Positions 38,398-63,142 of a stretch of DNA of 64,000 bases are shown piece after piece; within the stretch, counting starts at the first letter, position 1; each line of letters begins with the position of its first letter. Both the position numbers and the translations under genes were made by a program. A model generated the notes under the pieces. The model ran no database searches. It was given only the letters and a program-made list of their open reading frames with translations, and had not been told where the DNA came from. Source of the DNA: Macrostomum lignano (Eukaryota); the NCBI GenBank assembly GCA_002269645.1, contig NIVC01000566.1:186001-250000 (forward strand). Direction: 5' to 3'.

Positions 38398-39420
38398 GTT
38401 GATAAAATCAATCTCCATGAAGAATCCCCTACCCAAAAACCCCTTATCCCATTCCATGCCCCAATAGTTGGTCATTGACCTTTTTTGTAAAGATCAATCC
38501 CTCTTTCCCTGAGTTTAGAATTTATCAACACCTTCTTGAATAGGTCTCCATGCCTCTATTAAATGTTATATCGATAAAATCAAACCCCATCAAGGATCCC
38601 CCACCTATAAAGTTTAAACCCCCTATTCTCCATATCCCAGTTTTTGGTCATTGACCTTTTGGTAGGCCCTAGAGTTTACCCCCCCCCCCTAGGTCTGGAA
38701 TTTATCAACACCATCTTGAATAGGTCTCCATCCCTATAGGAAAAAGTTGTAAAACCGCGGACGGTGTCCGGCGCACTTTTGAAATTTTTCTAAAGCGCAG
38801 CGCGCGCACAGGCGCAGCGCCTGCGCGCGCGCTGCCCTTTCTTACTGGCTGCTGCTCTAGCAAATACATATACATGGAAATGGGTATAATACCTCTGTTG
38901 AAGGGGCTTATATACTCGTAATTTATTAAGCTTAGAGATGTTCCAAAAATTCAATTTCCAAAATTTGATATTTTTTAGAGCAAATTTCAATTTCGAAAAA
39001 AAATTTAGAAGTGAAAATTTTGGTAGTGTCTAAAAAGTCGCTAAAAATAAACTACTTTCTACTACATATACATGTATTACTTTTTACTTAAGCAGTAAAT
39101 TGAAAGTAAAAAAGTGAGTGTTGATCATACTAAACTTTGTTTTTCTGAATTATGATTTCGGGAAATTTCAATTTTGATTTTGGAAAGTTAGCGAATTTTT
39201 ATTTCGACGAAACTGCAGATCTTTCGGAACATCTTTAATAATCCTAAAGCGCGGTAAAATAGTTTGACTCTTTTCTAAAGCGCGCGTCCGCGGGTTTTTA
39301 ACATTTATTCCAATAGGGGTCTCCATGCCTCTATTAAAGTTTATCTTGATAAAATCAATCCCCATGAAGAACCTTCCCACCCTAAAACCCCCTATTCCCC
39401 ATGTCCCAGTGGTTGGGTTT
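38398..39420. repeat. Degenerate ~170-bp repeat units (two tandem copies plus one partial copy)
   Basis: GATAAAATCAA..CCATGAAGAA recurs at ~38401, ~38573 and ~39348; AATAGG(G)TCTCCATGCCTCTATTAAA recurs at ~38538 and ~39312. Confidence 0.7.
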
Positions 39421-40966
39421 TAAGTGCCTACATATAGTTGGGTTGAAGATACCAAAAAATAAAGCTCAAATTTGAAATCAGCACCATAAAAAATCTATAG
39501 AGACAAAATTATGCTCCTGTTAAAATTGCAACTAATTTATCAACATAAACTTGAAGAAGTCCCAATTATATAATATATCATATCATAAAATCAACAATAT
39601 TTAAAATTGCATAGCCTTAGTTGGACTAGAAATTTTAGACTGCTTCTAAGTCATGAGCTGAACTCTTATAGTTTTTATTTTTTAAATTTAGGCATGGCAA
39701 CTGCTTAGTAAATGTGGTTTCTTCAAGAGTTTAGCTAGGAGACAGATATATATATATTATATCCCCTTGTTTTGATGATTAATAGGAAATCAAAATCAGG
39801 TTTTAAAAAAAGTAAAATAAAATGGCTTTAGATTTAGCAAAATTGCCCAAAATGCTGCATTAAAAATGTATTTCACTCAAATTATAATTAAAATATTTTA
39901 AATGATATTTTTACAAATCCCAAGTTCCCAAAATGGCATGTTATAATGATAGCTTTCATCTTGATTGTAACAAATTTAGTTATTTAGTATATTAATAAAA
40001 TATCCTTGGTATTTTTTAAATATATAATAAATAGAAAATCACAAAAACTACTTTATTTGACTGCAACTCTATGCCTTTCAGTTATCCCCCCTTATTTCAA
40101 AATCCCACCTATGCCACTAGGTTTATTGAAGGCAGTAAGTGAAATAAATAAGCCACATTGAACAAGTCTAAAGCTTAGATATTGACTTTTTTTTACTATT
40201 GCCCTTTTAATCTGTCACTCTTAATCAGTTCCTTGCAATAAGTACTCTTCTTAATATTATTGCATTGATTATATGAATTTGCAATAGAATAATATCATGT
40301 TAAATAATAATTTTTTTCTCTTTTATATATGAACATATGTAAGTAAAAGTATAAGCACTCAATTTAAGAGCCCTACCCAAGATAAAGTCAAGAATAAATT
40401 GGTATAAAGCACACAAACAAAATAAATAAGACTTCAAGGCAAAGGTTCTTTTTGTACTTGATTATGTATTAAATGTGTGTTGAATACCAAGAAGTTAGTT
40501 ATCCATTGGGTGCCCAGTATATATTTATGGACAAATTAATGGTATTCTAGAATTTTCTCTATAATTATAACAAAGATACAATATTATTCTTTGTAACTAT
40601 AAAGTATGCATCACTAAAATGTAGGAATATTTTTAAGGAAATTCATAGAAAAATGGAGAAATTTCTAGAATTTAGGGACATTGAGATAATGCCACAACAA
40701 GCTTATGCAGGAGTTCTTAGGAGTCAACAGGATGGCCAAAAATACCGTAGAGCTAGTTTAATGATAATTTTGCCAAAGGTGTGTTACCACAATAGCCCTT
40801 CTATGAATATTTATTTATTTTTTCCAAAAAGTATACGGGTTTTCAATACAGTTTATCCAATAGTGTATTAAGCAATATTTGTATATGTCTGACTACCGAG
40901 ACCTAGAAGAATGTATTAGGTATTTAGTAGTGACATCACTGCCATCTAACTCATGCCGATTCTCAG

Positions 40967-43900
40967 GTGAATGCCTAGCCAACATCCCCTATGCATCAGT
41001 CATAGCATTCGTTCTGGTGCTCATTGGTGGCTGTGTAATGACTGGCACGCTGTATGAGGCTGTGCGACAGACTGATGTGTACTTCCGCTCCACCTTCTAC
41101 CCCATTGAAGAGTGAGTTCCTTGCAATTGGAGTCTATTTTTGCTTCGGGAATTTTCTCACATTTATTGTACCCTGGCATTGTCAGTGAGTTCTTTGTTTG
41201 GCAACTGAAGCCAAATCCTATCCAACAGACTGCATCCCACACCCCATCACATGATCTCCCGGCCTTCACCGCAACTCAGTCCCGTGACCCGCCACCATCC
41301 TCAGTCCCGTGACCTCCCGCCGCCACCCTCAGTCCCATGACCTCCCGCCGCCACCCTCAGTCCCGTGACCTCCCGCCGCCACCCTCAGTCCCTTGACCTC
41401 CCGCCGCCACCCTCAGTCCCATGACCTCCCGCCGCCACCCTCAGTCCCGTGACCTCCCGCATCCACCCTCAGTCCCGTGACCTCCCGCCGCCACCCTCAG
41501 TCCCGTGACCTACCGCCGCCACCCTCAGTCCCGTGACCTCCCGCCGCCACCCTCAGTCCCGTGACCTCCCGCCGCCACCCTCAGTCCCGTGACCTCCCGC
41601 CGCCACCCTCAGTCCCGTGACCTCCCGCATCCACACTCAGTCCCGTGACCTCCCGCATCCACCCTCAGTCCCGTGACCTCCCGCCGCCACCCTCAGTCCC
41701 GTGACCTCCCGCCGCCACCCTCAGTCCCGTGACCTCGCGCATCCACCTTCAGTCCCGTGACCCCCCACTCATGGCTTCGCAGGCTGCTGTACGTGCAGAT
41801 CGCCAGCGTGGTGGTGTCGCCAGTCACGGTGGTGCTGGCCGTCATTCTGCTCACCTTCGGCATTCTGGCCACCGGCGCCACCCGCAATAAAATTTACCGC
41901 GGCGACCGGTGCATCCTGGGCGGCCGCTTCTCAGCCGGCCTGTTTATGGCCTTCTCCTACCTGATCAGCCTCGTCTGGGTGGGCATCGCCTGCTTCCTGA
42001 TGATCCCCATCGTTGGCTACATCATGATGGACAAGGTGTGCTACGAGGAGTGGACTTACTGGAGGGATATCGACGGGGAGAAGACCAATGCAAAGTTCTT
42101 CACGTACTTCAAATTCAACTTGACACACTATGGTAAGGCTGGCTTAAGAAATCCAGTGGATTGCTAGTCTAACCAATCATGGATTAAGGAATAGAGTGGA
42201 TTGCTAGTCTAACCAATCATGGATTAAGGAATAGAGTGGATTGCTAGTCTAACCAATCATGGATTAAGGAATAGAGTGGATTGCTAGTCTAACCAATCAT
42301 GGATTAAGGAATAGAGTGGATTGCTAGTCTAACCAATCATGGATTAAGGAATAGAATGGATTGCTAGTCTAATCGATCATGGATTAAGAAATAGAATGGA
42401 CTGCTAATCTAACCAATCATGGCTTAAGAAATGGAATGGAATTGCTAATCTAATCAATCATGGATTAAGGAATAGAATGGATTGCTAATCTAGCCAATCA
42501 TGAATTAAGTAATGGAATGGATTGCTAGTCTACCCACCATATTCAAACTAAAGTAGAATATACAAAGTCAATTTATTAACACTAGAGTTGATTGCAACAT
42601 CCAACAATAATTTGGCAAATATTTTTCAGGCCTCTACAAGAAGCTGTACACGTTTCGACCGGAATTAAAGTTCAACGAAACCATCACAACCGCCACAGCT
42701 TTCCAAAATTTCTGTTCCAAGGTAAGCCAATTAAAAAGCTTTCTTCTTTTAGTACGAGTAATGTTATTCTTAATCAAAAGTAGCTAATGTACTTGATTGG
42801 GCTGATGCGTTTCAGATCGGAACAATTGGCCCACTTTATGCCTTCGCCTGGGCCGGCGCCGTCTTTGTTATCTTTGGATTGGTGAGTTTGAGCGCTGGGC
42901 ACTGAGTACTGAGCACTGAGCACTGAGCACGATTTTTTCTGGGGTTGGCTGTGGGGCTCTGTAAATCTGAGTATGGGGTGTGGGGTTCTGTAAATCTGAG
43001 TATGGGGTGTGGGGTTCTGTAAATCTGAGGATGGGGTCTGGGGTTCTGTAATCTGATGATGGGGTGTGGGGTTCTGTAATCTGAGCATAGTGTGTGGGGT
43101 TCTGTAATCTGAGGATGGGTGTGGGGTTCTGTAATCTGAAGATAGGGTGTGGGGTTCTGTAATCTGAGGATGGGGTGTGGGGTTCTGTAATCTGATGATG
43201 GGGTGTGGGGTTCTGTAATCTGAGGATAGGGTGTGGGGTTCTGTAATCTGAGGATGGGGTGTGGGGTTCTGTAATCTGATGATGGGGTGTGGGGTTCTGT
43301 AATCTGATGATGGGGTGTGGGGTTCTGTAATCTGAGGATGGGGTGTGGGGTTCTGTAAATCTGAGGATGGGGTGTGGGGTTCTGTAAATCTGAGGATGGG
43401 GTGTGGGGTTCTGTAAATCTGAGTATGGTGTGTGGGGTTCTGTAAATCTGAGTATGGTGTGTGGGGTTCTGTAATCTGAGTATGGTGTGTGAGGTTCTGT
43501 AATCTGAGGATTGGGGTGTGGGGCTCTGTAATCTGAGGATGGGGTGTGGGGTTCTGTAAATCTGAGTATGGTGTGTGTGTTTCTGTAATCTGAGTATGGT
43601 GTGTGAGGTTCTGTAATCTGAGGACTGGGGTGTGGGGCTCTGTAATCTGAGGATGGGGTGTGGGGCTCTGTAATCTGAGGATGGGGTGTGGGGCTCTGTA
43701 ATCTGAGGATGGGGTGTGGGGCTCTGTAATCTGAGGATGGGGTGTGGGGTTCTGTAATCTGAGGATTGGGGTGGATTGGGGTGTGGGGCTCTGTAATATG
43801 AGGATGGGGTGTGGGGCTCTGTAATCTGAGGATGGGGTGTGGGGTTCTGTAATCTGAGGATTGGGGTTCTGTAATCTGCGGATGGGTGTGGGTTTTCTTA

Positions 43901-44068
43901 CCGCAGTCCGGAGTTCACCGCAACCCGCAGATGTGCTTCATTGGCGCCCTGTCCGCAAACTTCACCAAGCTGAAGTACACGAAGGAGCTCACAGACTACA
44001 GAGCCGCTGGCGAGGTGAGCACAGAGATGGACTACCTGGGAAAGTCCATGGACCGGCCGACCTTCTGA
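40967..44068 (+). CDS. Proteolipid protein (PLP/DM20/M6) family member, 5'-partial. Exons 40967-41111, 41783-42132, 42630-42721, 42816-42881, 43931-44068
   Basis: CLANIPYASVIAF, ILATGATRNKIY, FMAFSYLISLVWVGIACFLMIPIVGY, NLTHYGL and MCFIGALSANFTKLK align with PLP/M6 motifs. Phases are consistent; the initiating exon (phase 1) was not located. Confidence 0.87.
41280..41760. repeat. 28-bp minisatellite, ~17 copies, ending ~20 nt before the acceptor
   Basis: CCCTCAGTCCCGTGACCTCCCGCCGCCA. Confidence 0.93.
42150..42530. repeat. 40-bp minisatellite starting just after the donor at 42133
   Basis: GATTGCTAGTCTAACCAATCATGGATTAAGGAATAGAGTG. Confidence 0.92.
42950..43880. repeat. 28-29-bp G/T-rich minisatellite in the last M6 intron
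   Basis: CTGAGGATGGGGTGTGGGGTTCTGTAAT. Confidence 0.92.
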
Positions 44069-44504
44069 TTGGCTGGCTTTTTAGATATATGATGAAGACA
44101 TGACAGCTGAAATGCCGTTATAAATTTTTATTTAGTTTGCACTGTTATTACTGTAAGTAGTTAGTAAGAACCGTGAACAATTTTCCAATTTTTTTAATTT
44201 TCTAAATTAAATGTAATTCTTGTACATAGCTACAGCATCTTCTGTACAAGTTTATCTGTTTTATAAAGATTTTCGAGTTCAAACTTCCGCGAATTCGAAA
44301 TCCAACAAATGTGCGTTGCAAAATCTGTAAAAAAATTTTTATGACATGATTTTCTGAAGTTCCCAAAGCACATTCTTTGCTTCAGTGCGCGTGCCATGCT
44401 TTAATCAATTTTATTTAACAATTATTATGCAAAATACAAAATGAACTCTGCATTCCATATTGCTGAAATTTTAAATCATGAAATTAGTGTCTTAGTGTCT
44501 TTCT

Positions 44505-44537
44505 GTATGTCTATCTGTCTGTCTAAGTGTCTGTCTA

Positions 44538-44572
<35 letters not shown>

Positions 44573-44585
44573 TAGTGTCTGTCTG
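44505..44585. repeat. Short (TGTC)n microsatellite
   Basis: TGTC units with TTAGTG interruptions. Confidence 0.85.
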
Positions 44586-45092
44586 TACTTCTATGATACG
44601 CATGCCCGAATATGCATGGGCAGAACTGTAACAGTGAGCAGTGTATGCATGGGCAGAACTGTAACAGTGAGCAGCATATGCATGGGCAGAACTGTAACAG
44701 TGGGCAGTGGCTGGACACCGACAAACAAGCAGACAAGCTACTGGTGGCTTAAAAAACTATTGGGGTAGTGAGATGAGATTAATCATTTGCATTTCTGCCC
44801 CCTCCACTCCCCAGCAGCTCCCAATGAAGTCCAGCTGAGCATGCAGGGCCGCAGTTTTCAACGGCAGCGGGCAGCCAACCCATCCCACTTATCATGGGTG
44901 CTGAGGCACAGTGTTAGGGCTGCGTGGAAATTAAAATACGTGTTGCCTTGGTAACTGCGATGCTTCCACTAGGCAGATAGGCTGTGGGCAGAAGCCAGCC
45001 AGTATTCATAACTGGGAAGCAAAGGCTACATGTATAGCAGCTGGTGGGCTGTTTCAATCGGAGCAACTGCAAACGAATCTTATTTAAAAATT

Positions 45093-46231
45093 ATGGAAGC
45101 TAAAATGACAGATTTCGCGGTTCTGCTTTTTCTGTTGAAGTTCTTGGCCGGCGCAGATGCAGAGCTGCTCGAAATGCTGCACGAAGTTCACAGCAGCAGC
45201 TGGGCTGGCGATCGGGTTCACCAGTTCCACATTTCCGGCACTGCACAGGCCGGCGGCGAGCTGCAGTGCGCGGTGCTGGCCGCCAAGAGGCTGCACCCTG
45301 ACCAGTTCCTGGTCTTCATCGGAGGCCTCGGTGTGGGACGGTCGCAGTGTTTTCTGGGTGAGTTGAGTACGCCAACCACTGATGCATGCTCTAGCCGCTC
45401 AGGATTTCATTCCAATACCCCACGCTGCACTTCAGCCAGCCGGAGTGGCGCGGTGTGTCGCCGCCTGATGCCGCCGACTGAGGCGTCTCCGTGCTGCACC
45501 AGGGTGATTGACCACTGCAGTTCTCTGTGTAAAATTTGTCCGTGTGCTGTGAGATGGCCAGCTGCTAACTGTGACCCCCACCCGATGTTGCAGGTGTTTG
45601 TGACGTCGCTCAGCGGCTGCCTCATCAGCGTTCAGCGCCGAGTCGACGACTCGACCAGCTTCGATCGCAGCTGGGCCGAATACGCAGCCGGCTTTGGTCC
45701 GGGGCCGCATAGCAACCACTGGATCGGTGAGGCAGCAGATTTCCGCATACAGGCGACTCAGTGTGAACCGTAGGTGTCACAGTTGCGCTTGCTCAATTGG
45801 CAGGTCTGAGAAGCCTCAACTCCCTCACGTGGCCTTCTGGTCGGCAGCTGCGCATTCGGATGAGGCTCTGGAACGACATGGAGTACTGGGCGAACTACAG
45901 CTCCTTCTCTGTGGACAGCGAGGACAACAAGTTTCAAGTCAGCATCAGCGGCTTCAGCGGCAGTTCAGGACTCGGAGACTGTATGGGGCGCTGCAATGGC
46001 ATGAAGTTCAGCACCTTTGATTCGGACAACGACATTACTTCAGAGAGCTGCAGTGCCAAGTACAAGGGAGGCTGGTGGTACGATGCGTGCCACTGCACCA
46101 ACCCGAACGGACTGTACTTTTATTCGCCCACTGCTCTCAATACAGCGCCTGTCTATGCCAAGAGCGTCTGCTGGAGATATCCATTTGGTTACTACTATTC
46201 GATGAAGGAGTTCGAGATGCTGCTTCTGTGA
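45093..46231 (+). CDS. Secreted fibrinogen-related domain (FReD) protein, ~308 aa. Exons 45093-45357, 45403-45503, 45594-45726, 45804-46231
   Basis: Signal-peptide-like MEAKMTDFAVLLFLLKFLAGADA; FReD motifs QRRVDDSTSFDRSWAEYAAGFG, HWIG-LRSLNSLT, YSSFSVDSEDNKF, NGMKFSTFDSDND, CSAKYKGGWWYDACHCTNPNGLY. The first two introns (45 and 90 nt) are in-frame and stop-free, so the 5' model is ambiguous. Confidence 0.87.
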
Positions 46232-46732
46232 GTGTGAATAGCTCGGACTGAAAATTAGATATAATTAAACTCTCTGATGCAGCAGAAAAAGCAGAAACTT
46301 CAATGCGTAATTATTGCAGGCTGTGTAAATAATTAATCGTCAGATGCATCTCAAAATCAACGAATTTTTTTGAAAAGAACAAAGTACTCTTAAAAACAAA
46401 CACTCTGAGCTTTAAAGCGCCTTAGATCCGCCTGAAACGTTCTCTGAAAAATCTTCTAAGCCTTTTTTCCTTAATGATATTGGTCGTTTGAAGTCAATAA
46501 TAACATGTACGTTTTTTCGAATTGTCCCGAGCCGTCTCTTAGGTTATTCAAGCAAAGCCTGACTTTCCTATCTCGAATCTAGACAAAAAATGCGGACTTC
46601 TTTCCAATAAAATTGTCTCAACAGCAGCTGCTACAATGCCTACATCCTAGTTGTCAGTTTTTGTCAGTCCAAATATAAATAAGACTAAAGAAGTGACTGT
46701 TCTGCCAGCATTAAACGTTTCTCAATTGGGTC

Positions 46733-47986
46733 ATTGTGGACACTGTCAATCATTGTGGATGTCACTGTGGATGCTGTCACTGTGAATGCTGTCACTGTGG
46801 ATGCTGTCATTGTGGATGCTGTCACTGTGGATTTTGTCACTGTGGATGCTGCCGCCACTGTGTATGCTGTCACTGTGGATGTTGTCACTGTGTATGCTGT
46901 CACTGTGGATGTTGTCACTGTGTATGCTGTCACTGTGGATGTTGTCACTGTGGATGCTGTCACTGTGGATGTTGTCACTGTGGATGCTGTCACTGTGGAT
47001 GCTGTCACTGTGGATGCTGTCACTGTGGATGTTGTCACTGTGGATGCTGTCACTGTGGATGCTTTCACTGTGGATGCTGTCACTGTGGATGCTGCCGCCA
47101 CTGTGTATGCTGTCACTGTGGATGTTGTCACTGTGGATGTTGTCACTGTGGATGCTGTCACTGTGGATGCTGTCACTGTGGATGCTGTCACTGTGGATGC
47201 TGTCACTGTGGATGTTGTCACTGTGAATGCTGTCACTGTGGATGCTGTCATTGTGGATGCTGTCACTGTGGATGCTGTCATTGTGGATGCTGTCACTGTG
47301 GATGCTGTCACTGTGGATGCTGTCACTGTGAATGCTGTCACTGTGGATGTTTTCACTGTGGATGCTGTCACTGTGGATGCTGCCGCCACTGTGTATGCTG
47401 TCACTGTGGATGTTGTCACTGTGGATGCTGTCACTGTGGATGCTGTCACTGTGGATGTTGTCACTGTGGATGTTGTCACTGTGGATGCTGTCACTGTGGA
47501 TGCTGTCACTGTGGATGCTGTCACTGTGGATGTTGTCACTGTGAATGCTGTCACTGTGGATGCTGTCATTGTGGATGCTGTCACTGTGGATGCTGTCATT
47601 GTGGATGCTGTCACTGTGGATGCTGTCATTGTGGATGCTGTCACTGTGGATGCTGTCACTGTGGATGCTGTCATTGTGGATGTTGTCACTGTGGATGCTG
47701 TCACTGTGGATGCTGTCACTGTGGATGCTGTCACTGTGGATGCTGTCACTGTGGATGCTGTCACTGTGGATGCTGTCACTGTGGATGCTGTCACTGTGGA
47801 TGCTGTCACTGTGGATGTTGTCACTGTGAATGCTGTCACTGTGGATGCTGTCATTGTGGATGCTGTCACTGTGGATGCTGTCATTGTGGATGCTGTCACT
47901 GTGGATGCTGTCATTGTGGATGCTGTCACTGTGGATGCTGTCACTGTGGATGCTGTCATTGTGGATGCTGTCACTGTGGATGCTGT
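46733..47986. repeat. 15-bp minisatellite, ~83 copies
   Basis: GTCACTGTGGATGCT with recurring variants; stop-free in several frames. Confidence 0.95.
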
Positions 47987-48524
47987 CGGAAGACTGTTTC
48001 AAAAACTTTAGACTTGACTTCCTGCTTACAGTGGACTAGCTGTAGAAAAGTTGTCGAATTCGTCAAACGCGAAAACTGAAATTTACGTGGATGGCACCGC
48101 ATTAATCCATCGGGTTCAGAAACTCTAAAAATACAAGAACTCCAAGCCGGTCCAAGAGTCTCTTCTCAGCTCTTACATAAGAGAACCGACCAGCTCTAGA
48201 CTAAGAGCTCTTAGTCTCCAAGGCCGCATATGGACTTTGCGGTAAGTTTACCATAGTCTTTATGTTAGTTAAGTCCGCAAAAGTGACGCATCATTCGATT
48301 CCAGCTAGTGCTTACCCGTTCGAGGTTCTCATTCGCGGTAAGTCTGACAGCTTTTTGACCTTCTGAAGCGCTAATTAAGGGCTTTGGAAACTGAGTTAGT
48401 GAAGCCATATTTTCATTGATTGTCTTAGTTTTACAGCGAGTTATTAGCAAGAAATATAGGTGCTCAAAAGTTGCAGCAAAATATGGCTAAAAGAAATAGC
48501 TATCAAGTTATTAATTTTCATCTA

Positions 48525-49493
48525 CTTCGGGTGTGTCATAAGTAACGTCACTGATGTGAAAACAGACGAACTTGCAATCGCAGATGAACAAAACTGTACC
48601 ACTCAACAATATAGAGTCCCCCAATATCAATCACCCTCTGGCGGTGCTCATACAGCTTGTCCACCTCAGCCTGCAGGTGTTTTTCCTCCAACTGCCATAA
48701 CCAGTGCAACGCAGCCTGTTTTACCTCTTCATGGTTTGCGAAACTCTTCTTGGAAAAGTCAGCCTTCAGCCATTTGAACAGGAATCTCTTGCAAAAGTTG
48801 AAGTCCGGGCTGTAGGGACTGTCAGAGCAGATTCACTCGCCGCACAGGCAGAAAATTCGAAACAGCCTTCAGATGTGCAGCCGTGCGGTGTCCATCTGCC
48901 ACAGAACTTCGTCCCGGTGACATGGATTTGACCGGAGAGTGCGCCAGAGGTCTCCAGTGTGCCGGACAAAGTCGATAAAATACTGGCCATCGACCTTGAT
49001 GTTCGGTGGAGTTGTGCAGATGGAGACTCGTTTGTTTGGCGTGAAGGCTACCAGCAGCATGGTCTTCTTGTCCAAGATGGACTTCCTAGTCACCATCGGC
49101 CTGGAGTCCCCAGCTCCCAGCCAGCAGCGATTGTCTGCCTTGCTGCCCTTGCCATCCAGGTGGAGCCAGCTTTCATCCTCAGCAACCAGGCAGTTTAGGA
49201 TGTCATTCAAGCCCCGGCTGCTAAACACCTTGCGGATCTGCTTGGTGCAGGCGTCATGTCGAGATTCATGATGATTTTTGTTCGCTGCATAGACGGTTTT
49301 TCATCGCGTTGCACTTGCTAAATCTGCTTGGCGTATTCTTGCGATAGCTTGGGCCATAAACAACCTATGCACGTCTCAAATGCACTGCTATTGCTTCACT
49401 AAGTATACTTTGCAGCTACACTACCCACAAGTCCATGTGCCTACATAATTTAGACAGAGGCCTGCAGTGACATTACTTATGACACACCCGAAG
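48525..49493 (-). mobile_element. Internally deleted mariner (Tc1/mariner) DNA transposon, 969 bp
   Basis: 29-bp TIRs 48525-48553 and 49465-49493 (1 mismatch) flanked by TA on both sides. Minus-strand transposase remnant with LVAEDESW, KTMLLVAF, QMDTARLH and, after a stop and frameshift, YSPDFN..RFLFKWLK; the N-terminal DNA-binding part is missing. Confidence 0.9.
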
Positions 49494-49541
49494 TAGTTCG
49501 TAAATTAAGTTTAAAGAAAGTGTAGTTCTCTTGATCAATCC

Positions 49542-60004
<10,463 letters not shown>

Positions 60005-60615
60005 CTGCAGCAAAAGTGGCGAATTTATTGTTGGGTGCTTGGATTTCCAGCTGACAATTGGTGAACCAATGGTCTCCTATTACAGTTCATGAGGTACATG
60101 TAGAATAGCAAACAATAGAGAAACATATTCATAGAAAACATTTTTTCTATATTTCTCTTTCAAAAGTACAGCTTTCGATTGATAGATTAGTGAAGTCAAA
60201 ACCCGCAAGGTCTGACCTAATAGACCACCAATTTTACCCTAAAACCTTTTCAAACTTTATTCAATTTTACTTTATTCAAAAAATTAAAAAAAATTTACTA
60301 TAGACTTTACTTCAATAAATTTGTGTTAACAAGGGAATTACAGCGTTTCCTGCAATGAGATAAAAAGCACCGCCATGTACAGCAGATGGAGAAGTTTGCT
60401 TAAACAACAGAAAAGCAGGTTAACATATCCTAATTATGGGCTTGTTTTTTCGAATGGCGTTAAAATAGCCGGAATATTGTATTTGTGTATCTTCAATGAA
60501 TGGAGAAGCTGGCAATGTACAGTTATAATTACAGATGATGCATCAGTCCAATGAGCAGCATTGCAGCATTTGAGCACTGACTCAAAAGCAACTCAAACTG
60601 AGCTCAGAAACGCAG

Positions 60616-62616
<2,001 letters not shown>

Positions 62617-63142
62617 CAGGCAGGGAGTGCGCTTTGAAATTTGTATTTCCTAATACGAGCTATGGCAACGACAGACTCTTACAATCACAGTCAAATATAG
62701 CTGAAGCAGATTCCATTTGGTTATTTCGGCTTGCCATCGCTGTGAGTTCTGTGTAGCAAGCATTATGCATTGCTTTGCCTGCAGAGCGCTCAGGTTGGAA
62801 GTCCCCGCGTAGCTCACAGCTATTTTTAGCAGCACAATGCCTCATTCCTGTGCAATCACTATCTCTACCTAAGGAAAGCAAGCAGTTATTCTAAGAGTTA
62901 CAAACGGTACAAGTGATACAAAAGGTGACACGTCAAAAGTATATTTGATTCGACATTTGATCTTAGAATTTTTCCTTGATCCCGGCTTGGAATTCAAGAC
63001 TGATTCATAAATGCCCTGCACAACATGTAGCAGAGGTCAGCCTAGTGCGAGTATAGTGGTTAGAAATCCACGAGGTATTTAAGCCTTTGAAGTAACCAAA
63101 ATTTTAGAGAATGCCTTCACTTTTCTGATATCACCTGTACAC

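Noticed and set aside
46685-48079. 447-aa Cys/His-rich (CCHCG)n metallothionein-like ORF and the Thr/Ser-rich mucin-like antisense ORF
   Set aside because: The 15-bp unit is open in most frames on both strands, with no signal peptide, splice context or codon-position bias.
62650-63130. Possible further ITPR-like exons upstream of actin
   Set aside because: The short minus-strand frames show no recognisable ITPR similarity or convincing donor/acceptor pair.
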